From contig JAUSHZ010000007.1 of assembly GCA_030648255.1 (NCBI GenBank), positions 24,404-88,403 on the forward strand: 64,000 bases of DNA, read 5' to 3'. The stretch is from a bacterium. GTDB taxonomy: Bacteria; Patescibacteriota; Minisyncoccia; Minisyncoccales; CG1-02-41-26. Both the position numbers and the translations under genes were made by a program. The first letter of the stretch is position 1, and every line of letters begins with the position of its first letter. Shown here in pieces: positions 17,968-27,814 of this stretch. Under the pieces are notes generated by a model, which saw nothing but the letters and a program-made list of their open reading frames with translations, searched no databases and was not told the DNA's origin.

Positions 17968-18375
17968 CTATTTTTTTACAAATTTAACTTTAATTGGCAA
18001 TTTATCTGAGGCCTTGCCAAACGCCTCAACAGCAATCTTTTCATCCACTCCATCAATTTCAAATATCACTCTACCAGGTTTTATCGGAAAAACATAATGG
18101 TCAACAGCCCCCTTGCCTCCACCCATTCCAACTTCTCCGCCTTTTTGCGTAATTGGTTTTTGGGGGAATATCCTAATCCATAGCTTACCCTTTCTTTTCA
18201 TTGCTTTTGTAATAGCTTTTCTAGCTGATTCCATTTGGTTGGCTGTAATCCATTTTGTTCCCATTGATTTCAATCCAAAAGAACCATAGGAAACTTCTGT
18301 TCCTCTTGTATCATTTCCTTTGCTTGTGCCCTTATGCCATTTCCTATGTTTCATTTTTCTTGGTTGTGTCAACAT
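17968..18375 (-). CDS. rplP: 50S ribosomal protein L16
   Basis: True start MLTQPRKMKHRKWHKG (cat 18373-18375). Confidence 0.9.
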   Translation of the reverse strand: MLTQPRKMKHRKWHKGTSKGNDTRGTEVSYGSFGLKSMGTKWITANQMESARKAITKAMKRKGKLWIRIFPQKPITQKGGEVGMGGGKGAVDHYVFPIKPGRVIFEIDGVDEKIAVEAFGKASDKLPIKVKFVKK

Positions 18376-18566
18376 GTTAGAAGCTGTGTGAATTTTCAAA
18401 TTTAATGATTTGAAAATTCATTACAGATTCTTACACCCCGTGGAGTAGAAATTTGCTCTGCAAATTTCTGTTTTAAATTTTTAGTAAAAAATTTAAAACT
18501 ACTCCACAGGGTAAATTCCGCTTGCCAATCACGCTCGCCTGCTGGCTCGCGCTCTTGGAGCGTCAT
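18376..18566 (-). repeat. Intergenic modular repeat copy 14 (head A, middle II, tail 4)
   Basis: Runs from the rplP ATG to the rpsC stop (ggagcgtcatTTAattaaag). It carries a 3-nt deletion relative to copies 4 and 8 in the tail. Confidence 0.9.
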
Positions 18567-19226
18567 TTAATTAAAGCGTTCTCCCTTATACATCCAAACC
18601 TTAACGCCAATAACCCCATAAGTGCAGTGTGCCTCGCATGAGCCATATTCAACTATGGCTCTTATTGTTTGAAGCGGAAGTCGCCCATCTTTTAACCATT
18701 CTCTTCTGGAAATTTCAACTCCATTTAACCTACCTGATACCTCAACCTTCACGCCTTTTATTTCTTTTTGCTCAGCTGTTTTGCTTATTGCCATTTTCAA
18801 AACTCTTCTAAACGGCACTTGCTTTTCGATTTGGCCAGCCATCCATTGAGCTGTTAAGCTGGCTGAAAGCCATGGGTTTCTTATTTCAATAATTTCTATT
18901 TTAATGCTGTTTTTATCTGTTTTTATCTTCCCCTTTACTTTTGATATTGCTTTTTCAATTCCCATTTTCAAATCCTCAACTCCTTTGCCCCCCCTGCCGA
19001 TAATCAAAGCGGGTCTGGAAGTTTTAATAATAATTTTTAAGGCAGCGGATGTTCTCTCTATCTCTACTTCCTGAATAATACCCGCGGGTAGCTTCTTAGT
19101 GATAAACTGCCTAATTATAAAATCCTCCTCTAAGTAAACAGGAAAATTGTTCTTATAAAAGCCTCTTGAAAGCCAGTCTTTCATTTCTCTTATCTTAAAA
19201 GATTTTGGGTTGACTTTATGGCTCAT
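18567..19226 (-). CDS. rpsC: 30S ribosomal protein S3
   Basis: 219 aa with KH and S3-C domains. Confidence 0.9.
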   Translation of the reverse strand: MSHKVNPKSFKIREMKDWLSRGFYKNNFPVYLEEDFIIRQFITKKLPAGIIQEVEIERTSAALKIIIKTSRPALIIGRGGKGVEDLKMGIEKAISKVKGKIKTDKNSIKIEIIEIRNPWLSASLTAQWMAGQIEKQVPFRRVLKMAISKTAEQKEIKGVKVEVSGRLNGVEISRREWLKDGRLPLQTIRAIVEYGSCEAHCTYGVIGVKVWMYKGERFN

Positions 19227-19576
19227 ACTTTTGATTTATCTTGTTTAAAAATATCTAAATTTAAAGTAATATTAGAAGTTTTCTTTTCTATTCTACAAGC
19301 CCTGCCCCTAGCTCTGGCCCTCCATCTTTTAAGGGTTCTGCCCTCATCAACTTTAATTAAGGAAATAAACAAATCTTTTTCTTCTAATTTAAAATTGTTT
19401 TTAGCGTTGGCCACTGCTGAATCCAAAAGCTTTTTTAAAGGCAAGGCTCCTTTTTTAATGCAAAATCCTAAAGATGCTTGGGCTTTCCCAGCAGATTTTC
19501 CTCTAACCATATCAGCCACCAAGCGAACTTTTCTGGGTGATATTCTTAAATTGTTTAATTTTGCTATAACTTGCAT
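19223..19576 (-). CDS. rplV: 50S ribosomal protein L22
   Basis: True start MQVIAKLNNLRISPRK (cat 19574-19576). Confidence 0.9.
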   Translation of the reverse strand: MQVIAKLNNLRISPRKVRLVADMVRGKSAGKAQASLGFCIKKGALPLKKLLDSAVANAKNNFKLEEKDLFISLIKVDEGRTLKRWRARARGRACRIEKKTSNITLNLDIFKQDKSKV

Positions 19577-19776
19577 GTTAGAAATTGTGTGAGTTTTCAA
19601 GCTATATTTCCTTATGGCTTGAAAACTCATTACAAGTTCTTACACCCCGTGGAGTAGAAATTTGCTCCGCAAATTTCTGTTTTAAATTTTTAGTAAAAAA
19701 TTTAAAACTACTCCACAGGGTAAATTCCGCTTGCCAATCGCGCTTCGCCTGCTGGCTCGCGCTCTTGGAGCGTCAT
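19577..19776 (-). repeat. Intergenic modular repeat copy 15 (head D, middle II, tail 4)
   Basis: Ends ...gctcttggagcgtcatTTA at the rpsS stop. Confidence 0.9.
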
Positions 19777-20103
19777 TTATTTCTTTACTGGTACTGGTGC
19801 TTTAGGTTGGGTTTGAGTTTGCACTTTTGATTCTTGCTCTCTTTGCATTTTTCCGCCATGCCTGCCAAACTTCGTGGTTGGGGAAAATTCTCCTAATTTA
19901 TGGCCAACCATATCTTCTGAAACATAAACGGGAATATGCTCTTTTCCATTATGGACTCCAAAAGTAAAGCCAACCATTTCTGGTGTAACAGAACACTCGC
20001 GAGACCATGTCTTAATAACTTTTTTCTCGCCAGCTTTCTGGTTGATGACTTTTTTTATTAATCTTTCGTCCACAAAAGGACCCTTTTTTAGTGATCGTGG
20101 CAT
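19777..20103 (-). CDS. rpsS: 30S ribosomal protein S19
   Basis: Starts [12 protein letters not shown]..., a classic S19. Confidence 0.9.
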   Translation of the reverse strand: MPRSLKKGPFVDERLIKKVINQKAGEKKVIKTWSRECSVTPEMVGFTFGVHNGKEHIPVYVSEDMVGHKLGEFSPTTKFGRHGGKMQREQESKVQTQTQPKAPVPVKK

Positions 20104-20107
20104 AAAA

Positions 20108-20902
20108 TTATTTGTGCTTCTTCTGAATTCGTCTTTTTAAAATTAACCTACTTGTCCAGCTTTTCCTTCTGGTTTTAACTCCCAAGGCTGGTTTTCCCCA
20201 AGGAGTTCTTGGGTGGCGGCCAATTGGCTGTTTGTTCTTTCCACCTCCATGAGGGTGGTCGCAAGCATTCATAGCTGAACCTCTCACAGTTGGACGGTGG
20301 CCCATTTTTCTGGCAGTGCCTGCTTTCCCAATTTGCTTAAATCTGTGTTCCGGATTTGAAACCTGACCAATTGAGGCAAAACATTCGTTTAAAACTTTCC
20401 TTACTTCAGTGGAAGGCATTTTTAACTGGCTATACTTTCCCTCGTGGCCCATAATAACAATGCCACTTCCAGCGGATCTTGCCATTTTACCCCCAGCCAT
20501 TGGAAATAGTTCAATATTATGGACAATTGAACCAACGGGAATATTTTTTAAACGCATTCTGTTGCCGGCCTTAATCGGAGTTAAGTCCGAACAAACTAGT
20601 TCATCGCCAACGGTTAATCCATCTGGAGCAATAATATATTTCTGTTCGCCATCATTATACTTTAATAAAGCAATATGGCAAGTTCTATTTGGGTCATATT
20701 CAAGAGATTGGACAACCGAAGATTCATTAATTCTTGATTGGCCAAAATCAACCATTCGATACATCCTTTTTACCCCGCCTCCTTTATGGTGTACAGTAAT
20801 ACGGCCGGTATTATTTTTACCGCCTGTTTTTTTCAACACCCTTAATAAACTCTTCTGGGGCTTGTTCTTTGATAAAATTGTTTTTTTTCTGTGTAAAGCC
20901 AT
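20108..20902 (-). CDS. rplB: 50S ribosomal protein L2
   Basis: 264 aa with [16 protein letters not shown]. Confidence 0.9.
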   Translation of the reverse strand: MALHRKKTILSKNKPQKSLLRVLKKTGGKNNTGRITVHHKGGGVKRMYRMVDFGQSRINESSVVQSLEYDPNRTCHIALLKYNDGEQKYIIAPDGLTVGDELVCSDLTPIKAGNRMRLKNIPVGSIVHNIELFPMAGGKMARSAGSGIVIMGHEGKYSQLKMPSTEVRKVLNECFASIGQVSNPEHRFKQIGKAGTARKMGHRPTVRGSAMNACDHPHGGGKNKQPIGRHPRTPWGKPALGVKTRRKSWTSRLILKRRIQKKHK

Positions 20903-20904
20903 AA

Positions 20905-21348
20905 TTATCGCGGAATTATTTCAATCTCTTGCCCCTTCTTAATAGTAACAATTGCTTTTTTATATCCTTTTTTCCAGCCGGTTGTTCTGCCCAATCTTTT
21001 TTTCTTCCTGTCAACATTAATTATTCTTACTTTTTCAACGACAACACCATAAACCTCTTGGACTGCTTTTTTTACTTCTGGCTTGGTGGCTGTTTTAAAA
21101 GCTTGAAAAATATATTGGTTTTTTTCCATTAAAAAAGTGGCTTTTTCAGTAATTTGAGGCCTGCTTAAAACGCTTGGAGCTAATTTTATATCCACTTTTT
21201 TTGCTTTGCCCGCCGTAGTTTTAATAGGGGCGGACTTTTCCTCTACAACTTTCCTTTCCTTCTTGTCCGCCGAAGCTTTAGCGGAGGTGGACTTTTTCTT
21301 ATCTTTAAAGCTTTCCTCTTTTTTTGTTTTTTTAAAAAATAATGACAT
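20905..21348 (-). CDS. rplW: 50S ribosomal protein L23 (long K/E-rich N-terminal extension)
   Basis: The C-terminal 95 aa are L23-like (FKTATKPEVKKAVQEVYGV). Confidence 0.8.
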   Translation of the reverse strand: MSLFFKKTKKEESFKDKKKSTSAKASADKKERKVVEEKSAPIKTTAGKAKKVDIKLAPSVLSRPQITEKATFLMEKNQYIFQAFKTATKPEVKKAVQEVYGVVVEKVRIINVDRKKKRLGRTTGWKKGYKKAIVTIKKGQEIEIIPR

Positions 21349-21349
21349 A

Positions 21350-21988
21350 CTACTTCTTTTCTTTTATAAATAAATCCTGCATAACCTTTATACTTTCCTT
21401 GGGCATAATTAAATATTTGTTGTTCAAAACATCTAAAGCATTCAGGTCTTTTACTTGCATAATTTTTGTTTTGTCTATATTTCTAGAAGCCAAAATAAAG
21501 TCATTGTCCATTTCAGGTAAAGCAATTAAAGTTGTCTTGCCAAGAGTTGGCATTTTTTCTAAAATACCAGCTGCTAATTTTGTTTTAGCAGTTTTTATTT
21601 TTAAATCCTCTATTAAAATTACAAAATTATTCTTAGCTTTTTCAGTCAAAGCCATAAATAGAGCTGCTCTTTTTATTTTCTTTGGCACAATTTTTTTATA
21701 AACTTTTTCGTTTGTGGGGCCAAAAGTAACACCTCCGCCCTTCCAAATAGGAGACCTGGTGGAGCCAGCTCTGGCTCTGCCTGTTCCTTTTTGACGCCAT
21801 GGTTTTTTGCCTCCCCCAGAAACATCGCCTCTGTCTTTTGTGTGGGCGTTGCCTTGCCTTCTGTTTGCCATCTGGGAAACAGCCACTTGATGCAACAAAT
21901 CCTTAGATAATTTCACATCAAAAATCTCCTTCGGCAATTCCGCCTGGCCTGTTTTCTCACCCATTTGATTGTATATATCGATTTTCAT
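21350..21988 (-). CDS. rplD: 50S ribosomal protein L4
   Basis: 212 aa with L4 family motifs (KPWRQKGTGRAR). Confidence 0.9.
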   Translation of the reverse strand: MKIDIYNQMGEKTGQAELPKEIFDVKLSKDLLHQVAVSQMANRRQGNAHTKDRGDVSGGGKKPWRQKGTGRARAGSTRSPIWKGGGVTFGPTNEKVYKKIVPKKIKRAALFMALTEKAKNNFVILIEDLKIKTAKTKLAAGILEKMPTLGKTTLIALPEMDNDFILASRNIDKTKIMQVKDLNALDVLNNKYLIMPKESIKVMQDLFIKEKK

Positions 21989-22014
21989 GTTGGCTATTTT
22001 CTATCCACTGCTTA

Positions 22015-22641
22015 CTATTTACTCTTTTTCTTATTTACTATTGAACTTGTAATCTCTACAAGCGTTCCTCGCCTGCCAGGGATGGCGCCTTTTACTGCAA
22101 TCAAATTATTTTCCAAATCAATTTTAACAATTTTTAAATTTCTCACCGAAATTCGCACAAATCCCATATGGCCTGGCATTCTCTTGCCCGGGAAAACTCT
22201 ACCCGGGTCAGTAGCACCAACCGAACCAATTGTTCTTACTTCATGCTTTGTGCCATGGGTTGTGTGATGCCCCCTAAAATTATATCTCTTAACACCTCCT
22301 TGAAACCCTTTGCCCTTGCTAATACCTGAAATTTTAACTTTATCTCCTTCTTGAAAAACAGAGGCATTAATCTCCTGCCCTAATTCATAATTCTTAATTC
22401 CTGATTCCTGAGGCCTGAACTCTTTTAAATATCTATACTCTTTGCCTTTCTCGGTTTTCTTAATTTTTCTAGCTTTTTTTTCAAAACCAATCTGAACCGA
22501 TTCATAGCCATCTTTGCTTTCCTTGGTCTTATTTTGTAAAACAACACAAGGCCCAGCTGTAATCAAAGTTACTGGGACTGCATCTCCCTTTTCATTAAAT
22601 ATTTGAGTCATCTCTAATTTTTTTCCAAGAATAAATGACAT
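22015..22641 (-). CDS. rplC: 50S ribosomal protein L3
   Basis: 208 aa with GKGFQGGVKRYNF. Confidence 0.9.
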   Translation of the reverse strand: MSFILGKKLEMTQIFNEKGDAVPVTLITAGPCVVLQNKTKESKDGYESVQIGFEKKARKIKKTEKGKEYRYLKEFRPQESGIKNYELGQEINASVFQEGDKVKISGISKGKGFQGGVKRYNFRGHHTTHGTKHEVRTIGSVGATDPGRVFPGKRMPGHMGFVRISVRNLKIVKIDLENNLIAVKGAIPGRRGTLVEITSSIVNKKKSK

Positions 22642-22941
22642 GTTAGAAGCTGTGTGAATTTTTAAATTTAATGATTTAAAAATTCATTACAGATTCTTAC
22701 ACCCTGTGAAGTAAAATTTGAGTACAAATTTTAATTTTAAATTTTTTACTAAAAATTTAAAATTACTTCACGGGGTTAATAATCCGTAAGCTCAAGCTTC
22801 GCCTGCTGGCTCGCTCTCGCTAACGAATTATTAAAAACACGAGGCATTAACTCCCCGCATTTTTGTTAAAAACTCAAGGGTTAAATTCTTCCCACTTTCA
22901 AGGGTTAAACTAATTAAGTTTTACCTTGAACTCTATATTAA
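22642..22941 (-). repeat. Intergenic modular repeat copy 16 (head A, chimeric middle, tail 2 + ~110-bp unique extension)
   Basis: The middle is a hybrid: ccctgtgaagtaaaatttgagtacaaatt (the M-I loop) fused to ...ttttttactaaaaatttaaaattacttcacgggg (the M-II 3' half). The tail is followed by caagggttaaa(t/c)t direct repeats before the rpsJ stop. Confidence 0.8.
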
Positions 22942-23280
22942 TTAAATCGTTTTAATTTCAATTTCCACGCCCGCTGGCAAGGTTAAATCACGAAGCGACT
23001 CAATAAATCTTTGGTTTGGATTTGTTACTTCTATCAATCGCTTGTGCACTCTCATTTCAAATTGCTCTCTAGCATCTTTGTGAACAAATGTTGACCTGTT
23101 TACTGTGTATTTTTTTATTTCTGTTGGCAAAGGCACAGGCCCAACCATTTCCACGCCCGACCTGCCCGAAATTTCTGTAATCTGATGGCACGAAGCGTCA
23201 ACCACCTTGCTATCATATGATTTTAGCTTAATTCTTAGCTGAACCGCCTGCTCCACTGGTTTTTCTTTTACTGTTGCCAT
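22942..23280 (-). CDS. rpsJ: 30S ribosomal protein S10
   Basis: 112 aa. The S10 fold motif is RIKLKSYD...VHKRLIEV. Confidence 0.9.
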   Translation of the reverse strand: MATVKEKPVEQAVQLRIKLKSYDSKVVDASCHQITEISGRSGVEMVGPVPLPTEIKKYTVNRSTFVHKDAREQFEMRVHKRLIEVTNPNQRFIESLRDLTLPAGVEIEIKTI

Positions 23281-24479
23281 TATTTTATTATCTTTGAAAC
23301 CACCCCAGCGCCAACTGTTCGCCCGCCCTCTCTAATAGCAAATTTCTGTTTCTCTTCTAAGGCAATTGGGGTAATCAATTTAACTGTCACACTGATCGTA
23401 TCTCCCGGCATAACCATTTCAACTCCCGCTGGCAAAATAACATCTCCTGTTACATCGCAAGTTCTAATAAAGAACTGTGGCTTGTATCCAGAGAAAAACG
23501 GAGTGTGCCTTCCGCCTTCATCTTTAGTTAAGGCGTAAATTTCTGCTTCAAATTCAGAATGAGGAGTCACAGAGCCTGGCTTAGCAAGCACTTGCCCCCT
23601 TTCAATATCTTCCTTTTTAAACCCTCTCAACAAAATACCCACGTTATCGCCAGCTCTGCCTTCATCAAGAATTTTGTTAAACATTTCCACGCTTGTGGCA
23701 ATAGTTTTTTGAGTGGCTCTTAAGCCAACAATTTCCACCTCCTCTCCGCCCTTCACAATACCTCTTTCTACTCTGCCAGTAGCCACTGTGCCTCTGCCTT
23801 CAATAGAAAAAACATCTTCCACAGCCATTAAAAATGGCTTGTCAGTAGCTCTTACGGGTTCGGGAAAGAAAGAATCAATCTTTTCAAATAATTCAGCAAT
23901 TGGCTTCATATCCTCATCATCCGCTGATTCGGCCGCCACTGCTTTTAATGCTGAGCCTCTAATAATTGGGGTTGTGTCTCCCGGGAAATCGTATTTCTTT
24001 AACAACTCTCGCAATTCTGATTCCACTAATTCAATCATTTCTGGGTCATCCACCTGATCGCATTTATTTAAAAAGATAAGCAAATTTGGCAAACCCACTT
24101 GATTGGCAAGCAAAACGTGCTCTCTGGTTTGAGGCATAGGGCCTTCGGCCGCAGACACAACCAAAATACCTCCGTCCATTTGAGCGGCGCCAGTAATCAT
24201 ATTTTTGATATAATCAGCGTGGCCCGGGCAGTCAATCAAAGCGTAGTGCCTGTTAGCTGTTTCAAATTCGTTGTGTGAAATGTTAATCGTTACGCCTCTG
24301 GCTTTTTCTTCTGGAGCTGAATCAATTTCATCAATTGATTTATTTGAAGATTTAAAACCTTTTAAGTGGGCGTACTTCAACATAGCTGCTGTTAAAGTAG
24401 TTTTGCCGTGGTCAACATGGCCAATAGTGCCAATATTTAAGTGCGGCTTAGTTCTTTCGAATTTTTGTTTCTCTGCCAT
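23280..24479 (-). CDS. tuf: Elongation factor Tu
   Basis: 399 aa with [15 protein letters not shown] and NKCD motifs. Confidence 0.95.
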   Translation of the reverse strand: MAEKQKFERTKPHLNIGTIGHVDHGKTTLTAAMLKYAHLKGFKSSNKSIDEIDSAPEEKARGVTINISHNEFETANRHYALIDCPGHADYIKNMITGAAQMDGGILVVSAAEGPMPQTREHVLLANQVGLPNLLIFLNKCDQVDDPEMIELVESELRELLKKYDFPGDTTPIIRGSALKAVAAESADDEDMKPIAELFEKIDSFFPEPVRATDKPFLMAVEDVFSIEGRGTVATGRVERGIVKGGEEVEIVGLRATQKTIATSVEMFNKILDEGRAGDNVGILLRGFKKEDIERGQVLAKPGSVTPHSEFEAEIYALTKDEGGRHTPFFSGYKPQFFIRTCDVTGDVILPAGVEMVMPGDTISVTVKLITPIALEEKQKFAIREGGRTVGAGVVSKIIK

Positions 24480-24535
24480 AGATTTAAATTATTTTATTAT
24501 GTTTATTATATTGATTAAAAAAATAAAGTCAATGC

Positions 24536-24805
24536 TTAAAACGGTAAATCATCTAAAGTTAGATCAGCTGTGGGCTTTTCTGACGCTGAAATTTTTTCTA
24601 ATTGCGATTCTGGTTTTGCTTCTAACTCTATTTCTTCAACTGTAATGGGCGTTTTTGATTCTAATAAAGCCGAAGTTAAATCTAAATTTTTTCTTTTTGT
24701 TTTTTCGTACTCGTTAAAAGACATAACCACCATAATATCGTCATTGTCAATTATGAGAACCTTTCCCTCTTCAGAAACAATTTGTTTTATTTTAAATAAA
24801 TCCAT
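24536..24805 (-). CDS. Phd/YefM-like antitoxin-fold small acidic protein (orphan) between fusA and tuf
   Basis: N-terminus VLIIDNDDIMVVMSFNEYEKT resembles the YefM/Phd N-terminal fold (cf. ...CVLMSLEEYNSL). No toxin gene is adjacent. Confidence 0.4.
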   Translation of the reverse strand: MDLFKIKQIVSEEGKVLIIDNDDIMVVMSFNEYEKTKRKNLDLTSALLESKTPITVEEIELEAKPESQLEKISASEKPTADLTLDDLPF

Positions 24806-24898
24806 AATCTTAGAAACCAGAATTCCGAAACCAGAATTCCGAACTTTAATAACTAGAAATTTTTCGGATTTCGGATTTCGTGCTTCGGATTTTTATTG
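24806..24898. repeat. Tandem/inverted short repeats (accagaattccgaa x2; ttcggattt x3) in fusA-downstream spacer
   Basis: Direct repeats are visible in sequence. The two repeat sets are partly complementary to each other, which would form an imperfect hairpin. Confidence 0.6.
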
Positions 24899-27001
24899 TT
24901 ATATTCTTTTTCCTTCCACTATTTCTTGCGCTATGTTACTTGGCACTCTTTCATAATGATCAAATTCCATTGTAAAAGCTCCTCTGCCTTGAGTCAATGA
25001 CCTAAGCGAAGTGGCATAGCCAAACATTTCTGACAAAGGCACCTTGCCTTTAATTATTTTTTGGCCAACTCTGTCATCTGTTTCTTCAATCAATCCCCTT
25101 CTTCTATTTAAATCGCCAATTACATCGCCAAAAAATTCTTCTGGGCAAGCTGCTTCAAGTTTCATGATTGGTTCCAAGACAATTGGAGTAGCTTTTTTAC
25201 AAGCTGCCTGAAACGCCATAGACGAGGCAATTTTAAAAGCGATTTCTGACGAATCAACGTCATGATAAGAGCCATCATACAAAGTTATTTCAATATCCAC
25301 CACTGGATACCCCGCCACAACGCCCTTGTTAGTAGCTTCTTTAACTCCTTTCTGAACGCCTGGAATAAACTCTTGAGGAATAGCCCCTCCTTTAATAGCA
25401 TTGATAAATTCATAGCCAAGCCCTCTTTCTTTTGGCTTAACTCTCAAATACACATGGCCATATTGACCTCGCCCGCCTGACTGCTTAATATATTTTCCTT
25501 CAGCTTCGGCCTGGGCCATAATTGTTTCTTTGTAGGCCACTTGGGGCTTGCCAGTATTGGCCTCAACGCCAAATTCTCTTTTCATTCTTTCAACTAAAAT
25601 ATCTAAATGCAATTCTCCCATACCCGACATAATTGTCTCCCCAGTTTCCAAATCCTCTTTAATCCTAAAAGTTGGGTCTTCATCAGATAACTTCTTTAAG
25701 GCAATAATAAGCTTTTCTTGGTCTGCCTTTGTTTTTGGCTCAATTCTAATAGAAATAACTGGCTCTGGGAATACTGGCTTTTCTAAAATAATTTGATTAG
25801 CTTCATCACATAAAGTGTGACCTGTGCCAGTTCTTCGCAAGCCCACGGTGGCTGCAATATCTCCGGCCATAATCTCATCAATATCTTTTCTGGAATTTGC
25901 ATGCATTTGCAAAATTCGGCCAATTCTTTCTTTTTCACCAGTAATTGGATTTAATAAATAAGAACCTTTTGTTAAAGTTCCAGAATAAACCCTAAAATAA
26001 GCCAAACTGCCCACAAATGGGTCGGTGGCAATTTTAAAAACTAAAGCTGAAAATGGCTCTGTGTCATCTGCTTTTCTGGTAATTTCTTTTTCAGTTTTTG
26101 GGTCAAGGCCCTTAACTGGTGGCAAGTCGGCTGGGCTTGGCAAATAATAGCAAACAGCGTCAAGCATTAGTTGAACGCCTTTATTTTTTAAAGCTGAACC
26201 CGCCATCACTGGAATAAGCTTATAAGCTAAAACTGATTTTCGTAAAGATGCCCTCACTTCGTCCACTGAAATTTCTTTACCTTCCACAAACCTGTCTAAT
26301 AAATCTTCGTCTTCTGAAGCAATTTTTTCCATCATATTATGCCTCCATTCTTTGGCTTTTTCTTTTAGGTTTTCCGGGATTTCATTTTCAATAACTTTTT
26401 CTCCTTTTTCTCCCTCAAATGTATAATATTTTTGCGTAATTAAGTCCACAATGCCTTTAAATCTTTCCTCGTGGTCATCGGGAAATTGAATAGCCACAGA
26501 CGACTTGGTAAGTTTTTGTTCAATAGAAGCCAAGCATTTATCAAAACTTGCTCCCATTCTGTCCAGTTTATTAACAAAACAAATTCGGGGCACTTTATAA
26601 TTGTCGGCCTGTCTCCAAACAGTTTCAGATTGAGCTTCCACTCCAGCTACTCCATCAAACACAACCACAGCCCCATCTAAAACCCGCAAAGATCTTTGCA
26701 CCTCGGCTGTAAAATCAATGTGGCCGGGAGTATCAATTAAATTAAATCTAAATAAATTGTCTTTTTCTTTTTCCATTCCAGTGGGCGTCCAATAACAAGT
26801 GGTAGCAGCTGATGTAATAGTAATGCCCCTTTCTCTTTCTTGTTCCATCCAATCCATTACTGCCTCGCCTTCGTGCACTTCGCCAATTTTATGGGAAATG
26901 CCGGTATAAAACAAAACCCGCTCCGAAACGGTTGTTTTTCCTGCGTCAATATGAGCAATAATGCCAATATCCCTTGTTTTTTCTATAGAAAATTCTCGCA
27001 T
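24899..27001 (-). CDS. fusA: Elongation factor G
   Basis: 700 aa with AHIDAGKTT and DTPGH. Confidence 0.95.
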   Translation of the reverse strand: MREFSIEKTRDIGIIAHIDAGKTTVSERVLFYTGISHKIGEVHEGEAVMDWMEQERERGITITSAATTCYWTPTGMEKEKDNLFRFNLIDTPGHIDFTAEVQRSLRVLDGAVVVFDGVAGVEAQSETVWRQADNYKVPRICFVNKLDRMGASFDKCLASIEQKLTKSSVAIQFPDDHEERFKGIVDLITQKYYTFEGEKGEKVIENEIPENLKEKAKEWRHNMMEKIASEDEDLLDRFVEGKEISVDEVRASLRKSVLAYKLIPVMAGSALKNKGVQLMLDAVCYYLPSPADLPPVKGLDPKTEKEITRKADDTEPFSALVFKIATDPFVGSLAYFRVYSGTLTKGSYLLNPITGEKERIGRILQMHANSRKDIDEIMAGDIAATVGLRRTGTGHTLCDEANQIILEKPVFPEPVISIRIEPKTKADQEKLIIALKKLSDEDPTFRIKEDLETGETIMSGMGELHLDILVERMKREFGVEANTGKPQVAYKETIMAQAEAEGKYIKQSGGRGQYGHVYLRVKPKERGLGYEFINAIKGGAIPQEFIPGVQKGVKEATNKGVVAGYPVVDIEITLYDGSYHDVDSSEIAFKIASSMAFQAACKKATPIVLEPIMKLEAACPEEFFGDVIGDLNRRRGLIEETDDRVGQKIIKGKVPLSEMFGYATSLRSLTQGRGAFTMEFDHYERVPSNIAQEIVEGKRI

Positions 27002-27088
27002 AAGTTAATCGGTTTAGTCATTCTGAGCCAACGGGCGAAGAATCTCGGCCGAGACCCTTCGCTAATCACTTAGGGTGACAACAATATT

Positions 27089-27550
27089 TTATCGGGCTAG
27101 ATAAGCAAAAGCTTTGTTGGCTTCGGCCATTTTATGGACATTGATTTTCTTTTTCACTGCCTCGCCCTCCCCCTTGCTTGCCTGCATAATTTCTTCAGCT
27201 AATCTGCTGGCCATATCTTTGCCTTTTTTCTTTTGGGCAGATGAAATAAGCCATCTCATGGCCAAGCTCAAAGCCCGTTTGTCTTTAACCTCTCTGGGCA
27301 CCTGATAAGTAGCTCCCCCAACACGCTGTGGCCTCACTTCAACTTTTGGAGCAGCTTCTTCTAAAGCTTTTTCAAAAATATCCATTGGCTCTTGTTTGGT
27401 TTGCTCTTTGACAATATCAAAAGCGCTATAAACAATTTTTTGGGCAATGCTTTTTTTGCCTTGAGTCATTACAGTGTTTATAAATTTTGCAACAATAACG
27501 CTGTCATAAGATGAATCAGGCAATATTTCTCTTGTTTTAAATTTAGCCAT
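27089..27550 (-). CDS. rpsG: 30S ribosomal protein S7
   Basis: 153-aa S7 family protein. Confidence 0.9.
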   Translation of the reverse strand: MAKFKTREILPDSSYDSVIVAKFINTVMTQGKKSIAQKIVYSAFDIVKEQTKQEPMDIFEKALEEAAPKVEVRPQRVGGATYQVPREVKDKRALSLAMRWLISSAQKKKGKDMASRLAEEIMQASKGEGEAVKKKINVHKMAEANKAFAYLAR

Positions 27551-27814
27551 GTTAGTAATCGTTAATGAATGAGTGGCGATTAGCCACGAGTGAATTTACG
27601 AGGACTTACACCCTGTGAAGTAAGATTTGAGGTCTCTTCCAAAAAGTGTATTCTCTTAAACTTTTAACTATTTTTCTCTCGCATCAATTGTTAATAATCG
27701 TACCCTCAAATCTTAATTTTAAATTTTTTACTAAAAATTTAAAATTACTTCACGGGGTAAATTCCGCCAACCGCTCAAACTTCGGCTCATCGCCTCGTTT
27801 TTGCTGGGCGTCAT
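27551..27814 (-). repeat. Intergenic modular repeat copy 17 (head C, middle with ~75-bp nested insertion, tail 3)
   Basis: The apical loop of the middle hairpin is replaced by the stem-loop gatttgaggtctc...gtaccctcaaatc. The tail ...ctcgtttttgctgggcgtcatTTA supplies the TAA stop of rpsL. Confidence 0.85.
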
